Assembly (NCBI GenBank): GCA_963555995.3
Contig: OY821641.1
Location: 1,184,001 to 1,248,000, forward strand
Source of the DNA: Vicinamibacteria bacterium
GTDB lineage: Bacteria > Acidobacteriota > Vicinamibacteria > Marinacidobacterales > Marinacidobacteraceae
Direction: 5' to 3'
Length of the DNA: 64,000 nucleotides
This document shows positions 57,855 through 64,000 of this stretch, piece by piece. The notes beneath the pieces are model-generated. The model was not told the DNA's origin, did no database searches, and was given only the letters and a program-made list of their open reading frames with translations. The position numbers and the translations under genes are program-made. The stretch's first letter is position 1, and every line of letters starts with the position of its first letter.

Positions 57855-59034
57855 CGGCGAGGGCCTCCACCCCCGGGAGCGGTTCTTCGGCGAGAAAGGC
57901 GAGGGATGCCCCGCCGCCGGTCGAGAGGTGGCTGATCCGACCGGACAGTCCCGAGCGCCGCACCGCGGCGAGCGAGTCTCCCCCGCCCACGATGCTGGTG
58001 GCGCCCCGGCCGGTCGCGTCGGCCACCGCGCGCGCCAACGCCGTCGTCCCTTCCGCGAAGCGCGGATCTTCGAAAAGGCCCATGGGCCCGTTCCAGACGA
58101 TCGTCGCCGCGCCCCGGAGGTGGGCGGCGAAGGCGGCTCGCGATGCCGGGCCGATGTCGAGCCCCATCCAGTCGGCCGCGACCTCCCCGATGGGAAGGGT
58201 GCGCACGGGACCGGTGTCGGGGGCCAGAGCCGTGCAGTGGTCCGTGGGGAGCACCAGGCGGTCGCCGTGGGCTCCGAGGAGCTTCCCGGCCTCGGCGACC
58301 CGGTCGCGCTCGACGAGCGACCGGCCGGTCGGGAGCCCCTGCGCGGCGGTGAAGGTGTAGGCCATCGCCCCCCCGATCAGGACGCGGTCGGCGCGGCCGA
58401 GCAGCGAGCGGATGACCGGCAGCTTGTCGGACACCTTGGCGCCGCCGAGGATCGCGACGAACGGGCGCGGCGGGTCGTCCAGCGCCGACCCGAGCGCGGC
58501 TAACTCGGTCTGCATGAGCGGGCCGGCCGCGGCCCGGGGAAACCGGCGGGCGCAGGCGTCCACCGAGGCGTGCGCCCGATGGGCGGCCCCGAAGGCGTCG
58601 TTGACGTACTCATCGCCACAGGCCGCGAGCGCTTCCGCGAAGGCGGGATCGTTGGCGGTCTCGCCCGGGTGGAACCGCAGGTTCTCCAGCAAAAGGACAT
58701 CACCCGGCGCGAGCCGGGGCGGGGCGCCGGTCTCCGCCCCGACCGGTTCCGGCTGAAACCGCACGGATTCCTCGAGCAGCTCCTGAAGCCGCGCCGCGAC
58801 CGGCCGCAGGCTGAGCCCCGGATCCGGGTTCCCCCGGGGCCGTCCCAGATGGGAGGTCACCACGACGCCCGCTCCCGCACGGCGGGCCTCCCGGATGGCG
58901 GGGAGCGCCGCCCGGATCCGGCTGTCGTCGCTGACCGCGCCGCCCGCCAGCGGCACGTTCAGATCGGCCCGGAGGAGCAACCGCCGGCCGCGCAGGTTGA
59001 GGTCCGCGAGGGTCAACTTACGGGTGGGGCGCAC
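57847..59034 (-). CDS. pgk: Phosphoglycerate kinase
   Basis: RADLNVP, SHLGRP, LLENLRF, NDAFG.AHRAHAS, GGAKVSDK, WNGPMG, STGGGAS; GTG start at 59034. Confidence 0.96.
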
Positions 59035-59095
59035 GGCGGGGCGAACGATACCCGCCGCCGCCGGCGAGTGGTAAGGTCCGCCGCCCCACACGCGG

Positions 59096-59306
59096 CTCAG
59101 GTTTCCGGTCGGGCGGTTCGCCGTCCTGCCGGACGAAGAGGGAACCGGGTGCGAATCCCGGACGGCCCACGCCACTGTGATCGGAATGCCCTTTCCGGGC
59201 CTCCCCGCTTCGGCGGGGCGGCAACCACTCCCGGCGCCTGCCGGGGGGAAGGTGGGAAGGGTGGATGTCCCCTGGACATCCGGTCCGTAAGTCAGGAGAC
59301 CTGCCC
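59096..59306 (+). ncRNA. Cobalamin riboswitch
   Basis: AAGAGGGAACCGGGTGCGAATCCCGG..GCCCACGCCACTGTGA..CCACT..GGGAAGG..AGTCAGGAGACCTGCC conserved B12-element boxes. Confidence 0.93.
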
Positions 59307-59352
59307 GGAGCCCGAACCCCAACACACCTCTTCGCTGGGAAGGGAGCGGTTC

Positions 59353-61755
59353 ATGAGACGTACGCACTTCCAATCCGCCTCGGCCGGCGCGGCCGGTTTC
59401 CGGCCGGCCCTGCCGTTCGCCCTGGCGGCGCTGCTGGCGCCGGCGGTCCTCGCCGCGGCGGACCTCCGGGTCGTCGTCCTGGGTCCGGACGGCGAGCCGG
59501 CGGTGGGCGCTCTCGTCGTCGCCGACTCCGTTGCCGGGGAGAGCCGGGTCTCCGCGATCACCGGCGACGACGGGAGCGCCCGGATCGAGGGAGTCCCGGA
59601 CGGCCGGTACCTGGTCTCCGCCCGCTCCAGCGACCTCTCGGCGGCGCCGATGGAAGTCACGCTGTCCGACGCCGCCGCGGGCGCCGTCGAGCTGGCGCTC
59701 CGGTTCACCGCGGTCCGCGAGTCGGTGGTGGTGTCCGCCGCGCTCGGGGCGCGCCGCGAGGGGGAGTCCGGCACCTTCGTGGACACGCTCTCCGCCGACG
59801 CCCTGCGGGACCGGGACGAGTGGTTCCTGCTCGAAGGACTTCGGGGCATGCCCGGAACGCTCGTTTACCAGACCGGGAGCCAGGGACAGCAGGTCGCCCT
59901 CCGCTTCCGGGGACTGCCGGCCCAGGCGACCGCGGTGGTGGTGGACGGCGCGCCGCTCCGGGATGCCTCGGGACCCCAGTCGGATGCGACCGCGCTGCTG
60001 CCGTCGCTCTCGGTGCTCGGGGTGGACCGGGTGGAGATCCGCCGCGGCGGCGGCTCGACCATCTACGGCTCGAACGGGATGGGAGGGGTGCTCCACGTCG
60101 TCACCCGGTCGGAGTCCGCTCCCGACCGGCTGCGGTTCTCCGCGGGCCTCGGGGAGTACGGCCACGCGGCGGCGAGCGGCGAAGTGGGCGCCGGCGGCCC
60201 GCGCGGCGGGGTCTCCGCCGGATTCAGCCGGCTCGCGGTGAGCGAGGGCGCGGACGGGGACGACCCGTTCACGAACCACACCGGGATCGCGCGCGCCGGA
60301 TTCCGCCTGACCGACTCGCTGTGGGTGACCGCGCGCTCGCTGTTCTCGCTGGCCACCGTGGGTCTGAACGAGAGTCCGTTCCCCCTCGGGTCCGCGGGAC
60401 CGGGGATCACGGAGGCGGCGCCGGTTCCGGAAGCGGCCGTCCGCGGCTACGAGGCGGGGACCCCGCTCGAGGGTCTCGACCTCGGGGCCGGCAACTTCAT
60501 GCCCTCCGTGAACGATCCCGACAACAGCCAGGAGACGCGGTTCCTTTCGACGCTGGTCGCGCTGCGGGGATCGGCCGGTCCGGACCTCGCCTGGAACCTC
60601 CGGCTCCACGACCTGCGCACCCGCCGCGCGAACGAGGACGGACCGGCCGGGGTCAACCCGTTCGATCCGCCGTCGCCCTCCACGCTGGTGCACGAGGGCG
60701 AGGTGCGGAGCGGCGCCGCCCGGGTCGAGCTGTTTCGGGGACCGGTCCGCGTGGTCACCGGCGGGGAGTTCGAGGCCGAGCGGGCGGCGACCACCGACCC
60801 CGGCTTCGAAACCCGGCTCCGCCAGACCAGCGCCGCCGCCTTCGTGCAGGCGGAGGGGGGAACCGCCGACGGACGGGCGGCGCTGCGCGGCGCCGTGCGG
60901 GCCCAGCGGTTCTCCACGGCGTCGCCGGAACTGATCCCCGTGGAGGGAAGCCCCTGGCGGGACGCCGCGCCGCCGCCGGAGGCGGGCGCCGTCACCGGGG
61001 AGGCGGCGGGCTCGTTCGCGGTCGCTCCTGGTCTCCGGCTCCGGGCGTCGGCGGGACGCGGGTTCCGGGCCCCGTCGCTCTACGAGCGGTTCGGGACCTG
61101 GTACTCCAGCTTCGGCTACTCGGTGTTCGGCGACCCGCGGCTGAACCCGGAATACACCACCACGATGGACGCCGGGTTTTCCGCCGCGTCGGAGGACGGC
61201 CGCCACGAGTTGCGGGGAGCGTGGTTCCGGTCGGAGCGCGGCCGCATCATCGCGTTCGGGTCTCTCGACTTCGCGTCCGACCCGTTCGGACGGTTCGCGG
61301 GCTACGAGAACACCGAGGGGGGAGTCGCCCGGGGCGCGGAGCTGAGCTACCGGGTGACGCTCCCCGGCCGCACCCGGGCGCAGTTTCACTACACCTTCAC
61401 GGACGCCGACCCGCCGGCGAACGCTCCGGACGAGCTGGCGTCGGACTGGCTCGTGCCGCACCACCAGGGCGGGGCGCTGCTCTCGGGCTCGGTGGGCGAG
61501 CGGCTCCGCTGGAGCGCCGATCTCCTGCTTTCCTCGCACATCCACGCCCCGCTCTTCGACCCCGACACCTTCGCGTCGCGGGTGTTCCGGTTCGCGGGGA
61601 TGCGCCGCCTCGACGTGGCGCTCGCCTTCGAGGCGGCCCGCGGAGTGACCGTGCGCGCGCTCGTCCAGGACGCCTTCGACGATGCGGCCTACCAGAGCGG
61701 GGGCTTTCGTCCGCTGGGGCGGGTGGCCCGGGTCAACCTGGAGTGGAGCCGATAG
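59353..61755 (+). CDS. btuB: TonB-dependent receptor, probable cobalamin transporter (BtuB-like)
   Basis: ESVVVSA TonB box, RVEIRRGGGSTIYGSNGMGGV, GFRAPSLYE, LNPE; downstream of B12 riboswitch. Confidence 0.85.
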   Translation: MRRTHFQSASAGAAGFRPALPFALAALLAPAVLAAADLRVVVLGPDGEPAVGALVVADSVAGESRVSAITGDDGSARIEGVPDGRYLVSARSSDLSAAPMEVTLSDAAAGAVELALRFTAVRESVVVSAALGARREGESGTFVDTLSADALRDRDEWFLLEGLRGMPGTLVYQTGSQGQQVALRFRGLPAQATAVVVDGAPLRDASGPQSDATALLPSLSVLGVDRVEIRRGGGSTIYGSNGMGGVLHVVTRSESAPDRLRFSAGLGEYGHAAASGEVGAGGPRGGVSAGFSRLAVSEGADGDDPFTNHTGIARAGFRLTDSLWVTARSLFSLATVGLNESPFPLGSAGPGITEAAPVPEAAVRGYEAGTPLEGLDLGAGNFMPSVNDPDNSQETRFLSTLVALRGSAGPDLAWNLRLHDLRTRRANEDGPAGVNPFDPPSPSTLVHEGEVRSGAARVELFRGPVRVVTGGEFEAERAATTDPGFETRLRQTSAAAFVQAEGGTADGRAALRGAVRAQRFSTASPELIPVEGSPWRDAAPPPEAGAVTGEAAGSFAVAPGLRLRASAGRGFRAPSLYERFGTWYSSFGYSVFGDPRLNPEYTTTMDAGFSAASEDGRHELRGAWFRSERGRIIAFGSLDFASDPFGRFAGYENTEGGVARGAELSYRVTLPGRTRAQFHYTFTDADPPANAPDELASDWLVPHHQGGALLSGSVGERLRWSADLLLSSHIHAPLFDPDTFASRVFRFAGMRRLDVALAFEAARGVTVRALVQDAFDDAAYQSGGFRPLGRVARVNLEWSR

Positions 61756-61830
61756 CGCGCATGGAGTTCCGGTTCGCTGTGCAAATGCAGTCCCGCGGGT
61801 CGTCCAGGCGCCGTGATGGCGCCGCCGGCT

Positions 61831-61988
61831 GGGAACGCCGGCTTCAGCCGGCACCCGCTGCGCGGAGCGCAGCGGACTGCACGACGCTGTCCCGCACGAT
61901 GGTTCGGCTCTCGGTCCATCGTCGGAAACAGCGGCACGACATCCGCGGGCCTTCGGCCCGCTGTGCCGGTCTGAAGACCGGCGCTCCC
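61831..61988. repeat. REPIN-like element (reverse orientation)
   Basis: Inverted REP pair between convergent btuB and gap. Confidence 0.8.
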
Positions 61989-61993
61989 GGCCG

Positions 61994-63100
<1,107 letters not shown>

Positions 63101-63133
63101 TTATTAGACATTAGATAATCATAGTCTACTTAC

Positions 63134-63162
63134 TTGATATATACGATCAATGCTGTTATATT
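63134..63162 (+). promoter_or_regulatory. Sigma70-type promoter for hsp20
   Basis: TTGATA-17bp-TATATT with TG extension inside an AT-rich island (63085-63165). Confidence 0.65.
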
Positions 63163-63248
63163 CCTTGCGTCAGGCGGCGCCGGTCGCCTGACGGGCGCCG
63201 GGAACGGCCCCCAACAGCTTCCCGCCCGACACTCAAGGAGAAAACAAC

Positions 63249-63719
63249 ATGACCCATCTGACCCTCTTCAACCCTTCCTTCCGGCGTCTCTTCGCCGACC
63301 CGTTCTTCGACTTCCCGGCCCGCTTCGGCGACGGCGCGGCCGACCGGACGCCCGGCGCGTCGCTCTGGAGTCCCCCGGTGGACGTCCGCGAGTCCGACAC
63401 CGAGGTCACCGTCGAGGCCGAACTGCCGGGCATCCCGCGCGAGGACATCTCGGTCCGCTGCCACGACGGCCGGCTGGTCCTGGAGGGCCAGCGCCAGGAG
63501 ATCCGCGAGGCCGCGCCGGAGAACGGCGAGACCGCCGGCGCACCGGGCAACTGGATCCGCCGCGAGCGGGTCCTCGGCAAGTTCCACCGCTCCTTCGATC
63601 TCCCGGAGAGCGTGGACGCCTCCGCCATCCGGGCGGAGTCCCGGGACGGCGTCCTGCGGGTCGTCCTGCCGAAGCTCGAGAAGGCGCAGCCGCGCCAGAT
63701 CGCCGTCAGCGTCCACTGA
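63249..63719 (+). CDS. Hsp20/alpha-crystallin small heat shock protein
   Basis: WSPPVDVRE, AELPG, GKFHRSFDLP, DGVLRVVLPK; AAGGAG SD. Confidence 0.95.
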   Translation: MTHLTLFNPSFRRLFADPFFDFPARFGDGAADRTPGASLWSPPVDVRESDTEVTVEAELPGIPREDISVRCHDGRLVLEGQRQEIREAAPENGETAGAPGNWIRRERVLGKFHRSFDLPESVDASAIRAESRDGVLRVVLPKLEKAQPRQIAVSVH

Positions 63720-63762
63720 CCCGACACCCACCGGGGCCGGCGCCAGCCGGCCCCTCAACTGT

Positions 63763-63930
63763 GGGAGCGCCGGTCTTCAGACCGGCATCGCCCGCGCAGC
63801 GGGCGAGACTCCCGTTACCTTGCCGCGTCGCGCACCGCCACAGGGAATGGCGTGACGGCATCAAGCCCGAACAACCACGGAAGTTTGCGGCCCTGCGGGC
63901 CGCGGTGCCGGTCTGAAGACCGGCGCTCCC
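63763..63930. repeat. REPIN-like element
   Basis: GGGAGCGCCGGTCTTCAGACCGGCA ... TGCCGGTCTGAAGACCGGCGCTCCC. Confidence 0.8.
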
Positions 63931-63931
63931 C

Positions 63932-64000
63932 CTACTCCGTCGTGCGTTCCTGGCCGGGGATGACCCGGCGGCTCTTGACCATCTCCTCGTCGTAGTAGCG
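63932..64000 (-). CDS. C-terminal end of an unknown gene continuing beyond the window
   Basis: RYYDEEMVKSRRVIPGQERTTE* ending next to the REPIN. Confidence 0.5.
   Translation of the reverse strand, partial: RYYDEEMVKSRRVIPGQERTTE

Noticed and set aside
59035-61854. Apparent 1335-aa Pgk fusion and 1061-aa receptor ORF from 58570
   Set aside because: Extensions are antisense to btuB or pgk and cross the riboswitch; real starts are about 59034 and 59353

Overview
High-GC bacterial chromosomal window; gene content (carboxypeptidase-reg-like TonB receptors, VPS10/BNR proteins, Yip1-MFP-permease unit) fits an Acidobacteriota-like organism, but taxonomy is an inference. Housekeeping blocks: greA-nfeD-stomatin, prfB with its programmed +1 frameshift, gap / pgk-tpiA-secG-tRNA-Leu(GAG), hsp20. 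Between them are many peptidases and hydrolases, a PQQ/heme-c dehydrogenase with a lanthanide-type DYD motif, a cobalamin riboswitch + TonB receptor inserted between gap and pgk, and an accessory island at about 39.4-46.9 kb (three unrelated P-loop ATPases, GIY-YIG nuclease, EcsC, TA relics). About 22 REP-like palindromes with compensatory changes, REPIN-like pairs and one 181-bp TIR-bounded MITE occupy intergenic space. Top candidates for novelty: (1) one ORF (34156-36636) fusing an AlkB-type di-iron membrane monooxygenase to a catalytically degenerate GlnE adenylyltransferase domain, between lipid/glycan-modifying genes; (2) five direct repeats at an exact 23-bp period over the promoter of an AAA_14/DUF4143 ATPase; (3) an AAA-nuclease gene bracketed by 72-bp REP-containing direct repeats. 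All family calls come from motif recognition by eye; no database searches were run.
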